Source: Methanomassiliicoccaceae archaeon
GTDB lineage: Archaea; Thermoplasmatota; Thermoplasmata; Methanomassiliicoccales; Methanomassiliicoccaceae
Direction: 5' to 3'
NCBI GenBank assembly: GCA_963728405.1
Contig: CAVSJV010000005.1
Span: 256,001 to 320,000, forward strand
DNA: 64,000 nucleotides
Shown here: one piece after another, positions 31,975 to 42,522 of the stretch
Numbering within the stretch: the first letter of the stretch is position 1
Layout: every line of letters starts with the position of its first letter
Notes under the pieces: model-generated
Seen by the model: only the letters and a program-made list of their open reading frames with translations
What the model was told of the DNA's origin: nothing
Databases searched by the model: none
Position numbers and translations under genes: made by a program

Positions 31975-33139
31975 CCTTCCAGCCCCCTCTTCAGATATTC
32001 CAGGCCGCGGAGCTTCAGCTCGTCCTTGCTGACGTTGCCGATGGGATAGTGTTCCAGGAAGGAGACGAACTCCTCTTCCAGGGAGTTCAGCGTCGTGGAC
32101 CCCGGCTGCACCGAGATGTCATCCTGGACCACATCGAACTTCGGCTCGAAATGGGTGGCCGTCGAGGCCAGGTCCCGGAGCCGACGGAAGTCCACCGTCA
32201 CGTACAAGGGTCCGGGGGACGTTCTTCACCACCAGCCGCACGATCTTTCCATCGAGGTCGCCAGATAGCAGCGACTCGGTCTCCGCCCGGAGCGATGCCG
32301 GGTCGAGGCCCCGGGCATCGATCGGCCCCAGGTCCACCATCGGCCGGGTGGGCAGTTCGATGAAGTCCCGCTTGCGGTTGTCGAGGTCCAGGAGGTAGAA
32401 GCCCTTGGGGTGCCCGGCCTCGGTGAACGAGAACCGCTCGGTGGAACCAGAGTAACAGGTGTTCTTCAGCACTTCGTAACGCTGGTGGAAATGCCCCAGG
32501 GCGATGTAGTCGAGATCCTCCTTCAGATAACAGGTGTCGACCAGCTGCTCGTTGAACTCGTTCATCCTGAACTCGTCGAAGCCCACCACACCGGCGTGCA
32601 GCATAGCGATGTTGTACCTCGTATCGGGGCATTTCTCGATCAGGGGCAGCTGCCCCTTGAATCCCTCCCCCTCGGAGTGGGGGACGGCGTGTACGGTCAG
32701 GTCGCCGACCACGATGCGCTCGTAGATGCCCTTGTACACCGTCCGGACGCCCTTTGAGGTGCTCGAACAGCCGTAAAGCGCTCCCCGTCTCTCTCAGCCT
32801 GGGAGTGGAATGGTTTCCGGCGATGACGATGAACGGGATATCCGCTTCCGATAGGCGGACCAGTTGGTCGAGCGCAAAGCTCAGCGCCCGGTTCGACGGC
32901 CTCACTGTATCGAACAGGTCGCCACTGTGCAGGACCACGTCGGGACGGATCTCCAGCACCCGGTCGACGAATCGCTCGAACGCCAGGTAGGTATCGACCT
33001 CCCGCTGGTTCAGCCCCTTGTAAGGGCCGTCCTCGTCGCAGACCTTGCGGTAGGCCGAGAAACCGATATGGGTGTCCGCGACATGGACGACCTTCAGGAC
33101 CGAACCCCCGTCAACGGACGAGTGAACGCGGCGTCCCAC
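31965..33139 (-). CDS. mre11: Mre11/SbcD nuclease (two frameshifts ~32750, ~32208)
   Basis: ADTHIG, SGDLFD, AGNHS, MLHAG, YIALGHFH, YSGSTERFSF.E across three frames. Confidence 0.92.
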
Positions 33140-33257
33140 TTTTAGCCTTTTGCTATGGTTCTTCGTTTCCGCTCACTTGCCGCTCTCCCGGGAGGAAACC
33201 TGCGTTTGGGGCATTTGCCCCCCCCCAAGTCGGGGATGATGCCCTTGCCTGGCACCG

Positions 33258-34793
33258 TCAGTAGAACCCTTTGTCCGGTGTGGTCCTGGCGTTCTTCTTC
33301 TCGACCTTCCCGCCCGCCCGGGCCAGGTACTCCTCATAAAGGTGTATCTTGACCGGAACGGCGAAAGGCGTGAACGGCGATGCGATCAAGGCCTCACCGG
33401 GCATCAACATCTGTATCTCGTTCTCTAGCTGAGAGATGTCCTGCTTGGCCGAGTTCTGAAGGATGTCCCGGTCCCGCTTGTCCGCCAGCCCGAGGATGAA
33501 CAGGGTGTTGAACTGTGAGATGATCTCGCTGTCGATAAGCTTAGGCTGCTGGGAAACGGCGCATAGGCCGGTCTTGAACTTGCGCCCTTCCCGGGCGATC
33601 TGAGCGAATATGCTCCCCTTCGCCTCGGTCAGCACCCGCTGCGCTTCCTCCAGGGCGATGAGCACCGGGGGCAGCTTGGCGAACTTGTCCTGGTCGCCGT
33701 ACAGCTCCTTGTTGCGCTCGAAGATCGCCCGTGATAGCACGGTGGAGATGAGCAGCTCCTCGGTCTCGTACATGTTCGACGTGTCCACCAGCACCACCTT
33801 TCCGTCATGCAGGCAGTCGATGATGTTCTTGGTGACTGACAGCTTGGGGTCCCTGGTGATAAGGTTCAGCCGGAAGAGGTTCTCCAGGCGGCGCTTGATG
33901 ACATTGATCGTGCCCTCATGGTACTTGTTCTCCCCCAGGTCCTTGCCGATGGCCGCCACCGTCCGGTCGTTCAGTTCGACCAGCCAGTTCTCGCCGTAGC
34001 GGTACTGGGCCGACTGCATGCACTCCTTCTGGGGTTCGGTGAACTCATAGAGGTTCTGCAGGTCGGCGATCTCGATCTCGGACGCGGCCAGGTTCAGGGT
34101 GTTGTACGGGCCGTCGAGCTTGCGGGAGGAGAACACTACTAGGGCATCAGGATAGCCAGCGTGCTTCAGGCCGCGCTTCTTGGCCTCGCCCCCGTCATAG
34201 TATTCGCCGTGCGGGTCGAGGATCAGGAAGCCGTACTTCCTAAGGCTCATGCAGGAGAGGGCGAGATTCTTCATCAGATTGCTCTTGCCCATGCCGGTGG
34301 TGGCGAAGATGCCGATGTGGTGCGGGATGGCCTGCCCGGTGATGCCGACCGGGAAGTCCAGGACCTGATCGCCGGAGCGCAGGTTCCCCACCTGGATGTC
34401 CCCAAGACTGTCCTTGAGGAAATTGTAGTCATCGATGTTGGTCCGCCGCACCTTGGCGAAGTGGTTGGGGATGGTCTTGGTCTTCTTGAATGTCGAACCG
34501 ATGCAGCCCAGGGGGATCGATACGCCCGTGGCGAAGAGCTGGCCTTTCACCACATCGACGTCGAAGTCCCGGTCACCGGCGTCCATCTTCATGATCTGGC
34601 CGGCCTCGGTGATCAGCCAGTTCTTCTCGACGGAATCGGCCCCGTGCTCGATGTCCATGACTCGGATCAGGTAACGGTCCGGCGAGGTGCCGTTCTCCAC
34701 CACCAGCATCTCCCCGACCTGCAACTGTTCTCCGAAGTTCATCCTGAAACGCGTCTCCATGACGCTGTTACCGACGACCCTACCGATGTGCAA
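33258..34793 (-). CDS. herA: HerA bipolar DNA helicase
   Basis: N-terminal HAS barrel, HIGIFATTGMGKSN, LDPHGEY, LEEAQ, IAREGRKF, SQQP, SQFNT. Confidence 0.93.
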   Translation of the reverse strand: MHIGRVVGNSVMETRFRMNFGEQLQVGEMLVVENGTSPDRYLIRVMDIEHGADSVEKNWLITEAGQIMKMDAGDRDFDVDVVKGQLFATGVSIPLGCIGSTFKKTKTIPNHFAKVRRTNIDDYNFLKDSLGDIQVGNLRSGDQVLDFPVGITGQAIPHHIGIFATTGMGKSNLMKNLALSCMSLRKYGFLILDPHGEYYDGGEAKKRGLKHAGYPDALVVFSSRKLDGPYNTLNLAASEIEIADLQNLYEFTEPQKECMQSAQYRYGENWLVELNDRTVAAIGKDLGENKYHEGTINVIKRRLENLFRLNLITRDPKLSVTKNIIDCLHDGKVVLVDTSNMYETEELLISTVLSRAIFERNKELYGDQDKFAKLPPVLIALEEAQRVLTEAKGSIFAQIAREGRKFKTGLCAVSQQPKLIDSEIISQFNTLFILGLADKRDRDILQNSAKQDISQLENEIQMLMPGEALIASPFTPFAVPVKIHLYEEYLARAGGKVEKKNARTTPDKGFY

Positions 34794-34941
34794 ACGAACC
34801 CCCTCCCTACAAGCCTATGCGAATCCAATCCTCAATCGGGTTCCTATTAAAAACGCTTTCTGAGCTCATTTTCCTAACCGGACTGGGGATGGTGCGCTCA
34901 TCGTCCCCCCATGCCCTTGAGCGTGGATCAACCATAACTTA

Positions 34942-34947
34942 TTTTAA
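34942..34947 (+). promoter_or_regulatory. Candidate TATA box for tRNA-Trp
   Basis: TTTTAA about 34 nt upstream of the mature tRNA 5' end, in an AT-rich patch. Confidence 0.4.
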
Positions 34948-34980
34948 CGAGGGCCAGTCTATTTGTTAAGTACAACTTGT

Positions 34981-35081
34981 GGGGGCATAGGGTAATCGCT
35001 CATCCTGGCGGGCCCCAGCCCATGTGGATCTACTCACTGAGGGGAAACCTGTCGATCTAGGTTCAAATCCTAGTGTCCCCA
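34981..35081 (+). tRNA. trnW: tRNA-Trp(CCA) with 28-nt intron at 37/38 (35019-35046)
   Basis: Acceptor GGGGGCA/TGTCCCC-A; anticodon stem GCGGG/CCTGT; CCA at 35015-35017; T arm CTAGG-TTCAAAT-CCTAG; BHB core CCCC/GGGG with AGC and AAA bulges. Confidence 0.88.
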
Positions 35082-35505
35082 CTCCATCCATCTTTTCATT
35101 CTTGATCCCGGATAGCCCTGCTGGTCGGGGTCGTTCGGTCCATCGCACAGATCCGATCGGGCCCCTCAAGGGCAGGGCGCGCGCTCAAGCTCAACAAGAG
35201 CCATATCTTTACAAATTATTGTATTATTTCTCTATAATATTAATCCGGAATGATTATAATCATGAATATTTATCGCCCCTTCTAAATGGAATTTTATAGA
35301 TATCCTTCTAAATAATCATAAATGACGTCCACTTGGTAGCCATTTTTAAGCGACCGCCCTATCTGCCGCCAGGGTGGATTAGAAAAAGGGTAGGTAGCCA
35401 GTATAAGGATTCTGAGAAAAAGTGATTGTGGTCGAACGAGTTGAACTTGGCACTTAGCAAGTTGAACTGAACAAAGAAGGTGAAAGAAAATATTGAGTTG
35501 ATCTA

Positions 35506-38132
35506 ATGGAGAAAAGTATTGAAAAACGGATGGGAAAACGATTATATAAAATTGGTGCGATTTTGGCAGTGACCCTCCTTTTGGGTTCCATATTGGTATT
35601 TTCTGTGACCGCTGTGGATGCTGCGACAGTCGTCCAGTTACACCGTCAGTAAAAATACGGCGGGCAAGACTATCGTTCAGGACAGCAGGGGGAGGACTTT
35701 AACATCCTCTTCCTCCTCTTCTACCGCAATCCAGTATGCCATTGACCGCACCTCCAACGGTGGCATCGTCCTGATCAAGGAAGGCACCTACACGCTGAGC
35801 GGCCTCCTGAAGGCAAAAGCTGGCGTCACCATCTCTGGAGCGGGGGCCGGAACGGTCCTAAATAATGGGGAGATCGATGTCTATGTCTCGAACGTGGTCA
35901 TCACCTCCCTGAAGATGACGGGAACCTGCCACATATTGATCACCCCGACGACCGCGGACATTTCCAACATAATCGTCCAGGATGTATCGGCGACCGTGGG
36001 CACGATCGAGGCAGCAAACAGCGTGATTACGAACAACTACAAGGTGTCCGGCGTGAAGTTCATCAGAGACACCGTCACGAACAGCGGTGCCAGCGGTTTC
36101 ATGCTGTCAGGCAGCGCCATGATCAGTGACATAACCTTTGATTCCTGCAAGGTCATCGGATCGGGTCAGAGCACCAGATTCAACGACTGGGTATCTGGAT
36201 TCATACTCGCGCAGAACGCTGTGGTAAAGAACATTAACGTCGTGAAATGCGAAGCATCCAGCAACTGGGAGAACGGATTCTTCCTAAAACCGTCGGTGAC
36301 TAAGACCAACGTGGTCCTTCAGGACTGCATTGCGAACTCCAACGGTCAGAAGCCAACGGCCCAGGAAGGCTATGGCTATCTGCTCGACGCAACGGTATCC
36401 CTGGTCGACAGCACCGGTACCGGTAACAAGGGAGGCCTGACCAATTTGGCCACTCTGCCGGCACCGGTGACGAAGGGCACTTCGAACATCGTCCTCAGCA
36501 CGACCTCGAGCGTACAGGTTGGCACGAACCGTTCACATCACCGGCACTCTGAGTGGCGTCAGCTCCTCGAGCACGTCCGGAATCGCGGGCGCCTCGGTCA
36601 GCCTGACCGTTTCGACGCCCGGTGGAGCGGTCGCCAGCCCGACCCAGATCGCGACCATCACCACCGATGCCAGCGGAACATTCGCCACGGATTACGTTCC
36701 GACCCAGGTTGGTACCTATTCGTTCGTGACGACCTACGCCGGGAACACGGCCTATAGCGGATCGACCACAAGTGCTTCGTTAAGCGCGACCGCGGTGCCG
36801 GTCCCGACAAAGAGCCCATCGACCCTGTCCCTCTCGCTCGCCTCCACCAGCGTGGAGACGAACAAGAACATGCAGGCCAACGGTGTGCTGTCCGGAACCT
36901 CTGGTATCGCTGGAGCGACCGTCAGCCTGAAGGTCACCCTGCCTGATGGTACGACTGCAAACCCTACCCAGGGAGCGACCGTCACCACCGACAGCACCGG
37001 CAAGTTCACCATGGCCTATGTACCGACCAAGGTCGGGACCTACACATATACGGTGACCTTTGCGGGTGACAGCCAGTATACTGATTCGTCCAAAACGGCG
37101 ACCTTCACCGCCACGGCTCCGCCCACTCCGCCACCCGCTCCGACAACCACCTACGATTACCTCGTGTCGAGCAATGTGGTCAAGACCGCCAGCGGCGCCA
37201 CTGCCTACACTGGTAGCAGCTTCACCGCTGCTCTGCAGTGGGCCGTAAGCCAGGGTGGCAAGATCACCTATGTGCCCGCAGGCAGCTATTCGGTCACCGG
37301 ATCGCTTAACTTCGCCAGCGGCACCACCTCGGTATCCACCACCCTCATCGGTGATGGGGACGGGACCACCGGAACGGTGCTCACCTTCACCAGTGGGGCC
37401 GAAAGCGCCTCCAGGATCAACATGAACGGTGTGAGCAACGTTGCCATGAAGAAGGTCAGGATCGTCAGTGGATCGATCGAGATGTACGTAAGCGGAGGCA
37501 CAATCAAGAACTTCCGCTTCGAGGACGTCACCAGCTATCAGCTCAACATCAATCAGCCCAATGGGAGGCATGAAGCTTCCTGGAAGATGACGGTGTTGAG
37601 CAATGGTGTCCTTGATGGCATCTCTTTCTACCGCTGCAAGGCCATTAACGGTGGCGGCATAGGCTTCGAGCCCTACGGTGACTTCACCGGCTGGGTCAAG
37701 AACGCCTACTACGAGGACTGCCTATGCGACCATCTGGGCCTGGACTCGAACACCCGCTTTAACCCGTGGGTCTGTGGCTTTGACATCGCCGAGAGCGCCA
37801 AGGTGGAGAACGTGAAGTATCTCCGGTGCACCTCACAGTACATCTGGGAAGCAGGCTTCCATTGTGAGCCGATCGCAGCCAACAACGTCGTCATCCAGGA
37901 CTGCGTTTCCAACTACTGCGGTCAGAAACCGGCCAACTTCGTCAACCCGGAAGGGCTGCCTCCAGGACCCTACTTCGGTCAGGGCTACTTCTGGTCCCCG
38001 TACCAGTCGCAGATCCACATAACTCTGATCAACTGTCAGGGAACCGGGAACGCCAGGGGTGACCTATATCACGATGCCACCACCCCGAACCCTCTAGGAT
38101 ACAAGAACGGAGACCTGCCACCAACCGGCTAA
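35506..38132 (+). CDS. Large secreted protein: signal peptide, beta-helix, two Ig-like repeats, Pro linker, second beta-helix (frameshifts ~35628, ~36527)
   Basis: MEKSIEKRMGKRLYKIGAILAVTLLLGSILVFSVTAVDAA; AIQYAID...GG.V.I.EGTY pectate-lyase-like starts; repeats GIAGA.VSL.V..P.G....PTQ.AT.TTD..G.F...YVPT.VGTY......AG...Y..S. Confidence 0.8.
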
Positions 38133-38136
38133 ACCT

Positions 38137-38157
38137 CTTTCTAATTTTCTTTTTTTA
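38137..38157 (+). terminator. Archaeal oligo-T terminator
   Basis: CTTTCTAATTTTCTTTTTTT immediately after the stop at 38132. Confidence 0.6.
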
Positions 38158-38245
38158 AGGATTCGCCCGGGAATCACTACGGACCTCTCGTTGTGATGGG
38201 CCACCAGTCTATGATCCTCTTGGATAAGCATCTGGTTTGCTTCCC

Positions 38246-39484
38246 CTACCATCCTGACCTCTCAGTATGTGGGTCGAAGGCCAATTGACCTGCTCGGGCG
38301 GTTAGGGCCTCGTAGATGTCCCGATATCTCCCGAGTATGATGGGCCAGTCGTATTGCTCCGCGTTCATTCGAGCATTATGTTCCATGGCCCTCCTCGCTC
38401 CGTCGTCCTTGAGCAGAGCCTCAAGCTTCAAGAATAGGTCCGTTTCATCCCCTCTTTTAAAGATCAGGCCGCTATGCCCGTCCTTGATGAGCGCCTTGAA
38501 GACCTCTAGATCGCTAGCGATCACCGGGAGGCCACAGGCCGAGGCCTCGAGGATGACGATGCCGAAGGTATCGCCCAGCGAAGGCAGGACGAAGATGTCT
38601 GCACCACCATAGTAGAGGCGCTTATCCTCCTCGGATACGAAACCAGGCAGGCTGACCCTGTCCTCTATGCCCATCCGTTTTGCCGAATCGATGAGGCTAC
38701 TGCGAAGGGGGCCATCACCGACCATGACCAGGTAGGGATCGACATCGCTCATGTTCAACTGGCTGAACGCGCCGAGCAATATCTCCGGGTTCTTATAGGT
38801 CGAAAGACTTCCCACATAGAGAACGACCCGCTTCCCAAGAGGGATCCCGAGACGACGCCTGCACTCTCCCTTGGGCAGGTCGAGATAAAGGCTGGCGAGG
38901 TCCACTCCATTCGGTACAATCTGGGCCCGGGGAATGATCTCCCGGTAGGTTGGCGAGTCCTCCAGTGCGGTCAGCGAGACCGCGGTGATGGCGTCCGCAT
39001 GCTTCAGGAGCGGGGAGCAAAGGTAGTTCATGAAGACCAAAAGGGCCAGCCTTCGAACGTAAGAGCCCCCCTCCAGGGAGACGTCATTGTAGGTGGTGTG
39101 GATGGTGACCACCAAGGGTTTGACCTTTGCCCTCGAGTAGGCCAGGGCCGCGAAGGCTCCCGGCGGCGTACCAAGATGGCCGTGCACCAGGTCCAGCTCG
39201 TGTTGGAGCGGTTTCCAGAGCAGCCCGGAGGATACGATCGTGCTTGCGACCTGGAAGTCTCTGCTATAGCGGTATACGGTGATCCCCTCGTACTCTTGTA
39301 CCAGGTCCTCCCGGGTCGGGGAGGTCGTGAAGACTTTGACCGAATGGCCCTGGGCGTTTAGCGAAAGCGCAAGATGATAAACCACCTCGGCCACACCCCC
39401 CCATCGGTACATGCTCATGTCCTGGTCCTCTACTGTGAACGGGGCCCTGAAGGGAAAATCGGTGGTAAAGAGTCCGATCCTCAT
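38246..39484 (-). CDS. Glycosyltransferase family 4
   Basis: MRIGLF, WGG, VPNGVD, YVGSL..YK, DIFVLPS..DTFGIVILEA.ACG.PVIASD. Confidence 0.92.
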   Translation of the reverse strand: MRIGLFTTDFPFRAPFTVEDQDMSMYRWGGVAEVVYHLALSLNAQGHSVKVFTTSPTREDLVQEYEGITVYRYSRDFQVASTIVSSGLLWKPLQHELDLVHGHLGTPPGAFAALAYSRAKVKPLVVTIHTTYNDVSLEGGSYVRRLALLVFMNYLCSPLLKHADAITAVSLTALEDSPTYREIIPRAQIVPNGVDLASLYLDLPKGECRRRLGIPLGKRVVLYVGSLSTYKNPEILLGAFSQLNMSDVDPYLVMVGDGPLRSSLIDSAKRMGIEDRVSLPGFVSEEDKRLYYGGADIFVLPSLGDTFGIVILEASACGLPVIASDLEVFKALIKDGHSGLIFKRGDETDLFLKLEALLKDDGARRAMEHNARMNAEQYDWPIILGRYRDIYEALTARAGQLAFDPHTERSGW

Positions 39485-39597
39485 GGTCACTCCCAGGTTC
39501 GGACCGAGAGCACATCGGCCCGAACGGCCCGTCGGATCCTCCGGGCAATCAGCGCGGTCGGTCGGGGCCATAATGGTCACCAAGGTCCGTCCTACTA

Positions 39598-40817
39598 CTA
39601 TCTCCTCATATCCTGGCCGATGGCCTTTTGCCAATCCACGGGCTGTCCTCTGGAGGGCGTGACATTGGGCCGGGCTGTGTCGACCAGCTCTTGGGCTTCT
39701 ATTTCATAGGCCAGGGCGAGGTTCTTCCAATCGTACTCATCGAGGACCTGGGATGTGCGCGAATCATTCTGATCAGCTCGCCCTTCTAGAGTCTCTCCGA
39801 GCCTCTCCGCCAGATCGTGGGCGTCAAGCGGCGTGAAGAGCTGCCCTCCCACTCCGCCCTGGGTGGCCTCCCTAATGGGCGGAATATCCGAGGCGACATA
39901 TGGGATCCCGGCAGCCATGGCCTCGATCACCACGATGCCGAATCCTTCCACCGTGCTCGGCAGAGCGAAAGCGTGAGATCTCTTCAGGGTCCTGACCAGG
40001 TCTCGAATCTCTGGGAACTTACCCACGAACTCCACATTCTGGGTCAGACCCCAATTTTTGGACCAGCTGCCTCAGATTGGCCTCTTCTGGGCCTCTGCCC
40101 ACGATCAGCAATCTGATGTCAGGGATCCTCGCTCGCAAAAGGCTGACCGCTTGTATGAGGACTGTCCACTCTCTTGTATGATACCAGCCTGCAGATGGTA
40201 ACTATGGTCGGGGAGGCGAATTTAGCCTCGATATCAATCGAATCGTAATAGGCCCGGTCCACGCCATTACGGATCACGCAAACGTTCTCTGGATCTATGC
40301 CAAGGTTCTCGACCAGCTTCCCCTTCGTGAACTCGCTTACCGCGATGTACTTATCGAACGGTTTCATCAAGTTCCTCCTCTCCAGCAAGTTCCCGACGGC
40401 CCCGTTCAAAAGGCCCATGTTCCTTGCCCACTCCCCCTGCCATACTTCATGGACGGTCACCATGGTCGGTATAGAGGTCAGCTTTCGGCAGTATGTGCCG
40501 GCAGAATAGGAAACAAATCCGCTCGCTTCGATGACATCTGGATTAAGTTTAGCCACTTCCTTTGCACATCTCTTGTTGAAATCCATTCGGGACAGAAACT
40601 GTCCCCCCTGAACAAACGGTCTCGATTTACCGACCCGATGCACAATTATGTCGTCGTATTGCTCGATGCCCTCTTTCCCGCTCTGGAGGCTGGCGAACAC
40701 ATGAACCTCGTTCCGTTTGGCCAGCTCCTTGCATAGATTGATCACCCGGGAATCCACACCGCCGAACAAAGGGTCTTCTTTCTTTGCGAGATATTCTGTT
40801 ACTACCGCCATTATCAT
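39598..40817 (-). CDS. Glycosyltransferase family 4 (frameshifts ~40163, ~40050)
   Basis: FGG, TVHE, AVSEFT, IRNGVD, RLVSYKRVD, then LPSTVEGFGIVVIEAMAAG. Confidence 0.88.
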
Positions 40818-41178
40818 TCTATTTCCTCCACTTGTCCAGGGCACCCCACACGCCATCGATCGATCCTGGGGCGGATGTGGCGGATGGTCACTAGGGCTGG
40901 CAGAGACGGAAGGAAAATCCGTTCTCATGATCCGCGGAAGGAGGAACACAATGCACCACCGGTACGTGTTCATCCACTTTCCCTGGGGGCCTCAGAGGGG
41001 TCCCAAAACAGTATTATGTGCAGTTTACCCTATTTAATCCTGATATGCTCGGAGCCTGGGTCGTACAGCGGGACCTCCGGCATCATTAACAGCTTTCTAA
41101 TAGGTGCAATTCAAAATATGGCCTCCTCCGATGTAATCGAGATTGAACCATGGTCGCTCCGTGTGATGTTGTGCTGAG

Positions 41179-42306
41179 ATGGAGAAGATGAGGATCGCCT
41201 TCGTGACCTTCGAGTACCCTCCCCACATAGTAGGGGGTGCTGGAACTTACGCTTACAAAATAACCAAGGAGATGGCCAGCCTAGGCCACGATGTGCATGT
41301 ATTCACTCCTGAAATGACTCCCTACTTGGTTCCCCCCAACGTTACGATGGAAAGCGTACCCAGCAATAATAAACGCCCTCTCGGGGCGCTCCAGTTCTGG
41401 TTAGGCCTCCCCGATGTCATCGAACGGGCCGAAGGGAGGAATAAATTCGATATCATTCACTTTAATGGCACCTCCTATTGGTTTCTCAACGGGCTGACGG
41501 AGACCACTAAGGTGGTGACGATCCACCATCTGGCAAAGGATTCCCTGCGTCATGACCGGGGAGTGGGGGTGCTCCTCACCCTGATCGAGAAGAGGGCCAT
41601 GGACCGATCGACCAGGATAGTGGCGGTGAGCGAATACACAAAAAAACGGATTGTCGACGGGTACGGGGTCGACCCGGACAAGATCGGGGTCACATATAAT
41701 GGTGGTAGTTTCGATCCATCCACCCCCATCGATATGCCGGGGGCACAGAAATGTCTGGCGGTATCTAAGGGAAAAAAGACCATCTTGTTCGTTGGTAGAG
41801 TAAATGACAATCGCAAGGGGCTTGACCTTCTAGTGAAGGCAATGAGGCTGGTGCTTGACCGGACCGACGCCATGCTCATCGTGGCCGGTAAAGGGGACCA
41901 GAGCGAGTCGAGGTCCCTATGCAGCAGCCTCGGGATCGAGAACAATGTTGCATTCATCGGATATGTCGAAGATTCTCTCCTGCTGGGCCTGTACAGGTCG
42001 TGCGACGTTTATGTATGTCCCTCCCGTCTTGAAGGATTTGGGATCACCGTCCTCGATGCTCAGACATATGCAAAAAAGGTCATCGCCACCCGGATAGGGC
42101 CGATTCCCGAGATCGCCTCGCCCAGCACCAGATTGGTGGAACCGAACGATATCGTTGACCTGGCCTCAGCCATCCTGGATTCCCTCGACCCGTTCCCTTC
42201 CGGTGCCTCCATTCCATCTAAAGGGGACCTCGATCATTTGTCCTCTTTTTCTTGGGAAAGGGCGGTCCAAGGGCTAATCAAAGAATATGAAATGGCCATG
42301 AAGTGA
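41179..42306 (+). CDS. Glycosyltransferase family 4
   Basis: MRIAFVTFEYPP.IVGG, FVGR...RKGLD, VCPSRLEGFGITVLDA. Confidence 0.92.
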   Translation: MEKMRIAFVTFEYPPHIVGGAGTYAYKITKEMASLGHDVHVFTPEMTPYLVPPNVTMESVPSNNKRPLGALQFWLGLPDVIERAEGRNKFDIIHFNGTSYWFLNGLTETTKVVTIHHLAKDSLRHDRGVGVLLTLIEKRAMDRSTRIVAVSEYTKKRIVDGYGVDPDKIGVTYNGGSFDPSTPIDMPGAQKCLAVSKGKKTILFVGRVNDNRKGLDLLVKAMRLVLDRTDAMLIVAGKGDQSESRSLCSSLGIENNVAFIGYVEDSLLLGLYRSCDVYVCPSRLEGFGITVLDAQTYAKKVIATRIGPIPEIASPSTRLVEPNDIVDLASAILDSLDPFPSGASIPSKGDLDHLSSFSWERAVQGLIKEYEMAMK

Positions 42307-42522
42307 GAGATGCCCCCATCTGGTCTGCCTAGCAGGGAGCATCTAGAGAACGACCGGATGAGCAATGCTCTCGAGGCCAATGTTCTCCTCCTTAGCTATT
42401 GGCCGGGGATGTATCGGGTCAGGCTTCCGAAGGCTCTCCGCTGGTCCTCGCCGGGTCTGCTCGCCAATCTGCATGGAACGGTGGCCGTTGGGGAGCCAGG
42501 GCGGACCATGGCGCCTGGGAGG

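Noticed and set aside
33258-34793. HerA as an anti-phage defence ATPase
   Set aside because: HAS-barrel HerA directly upstream of mre11-rad50 fits the housekeeping repair type.
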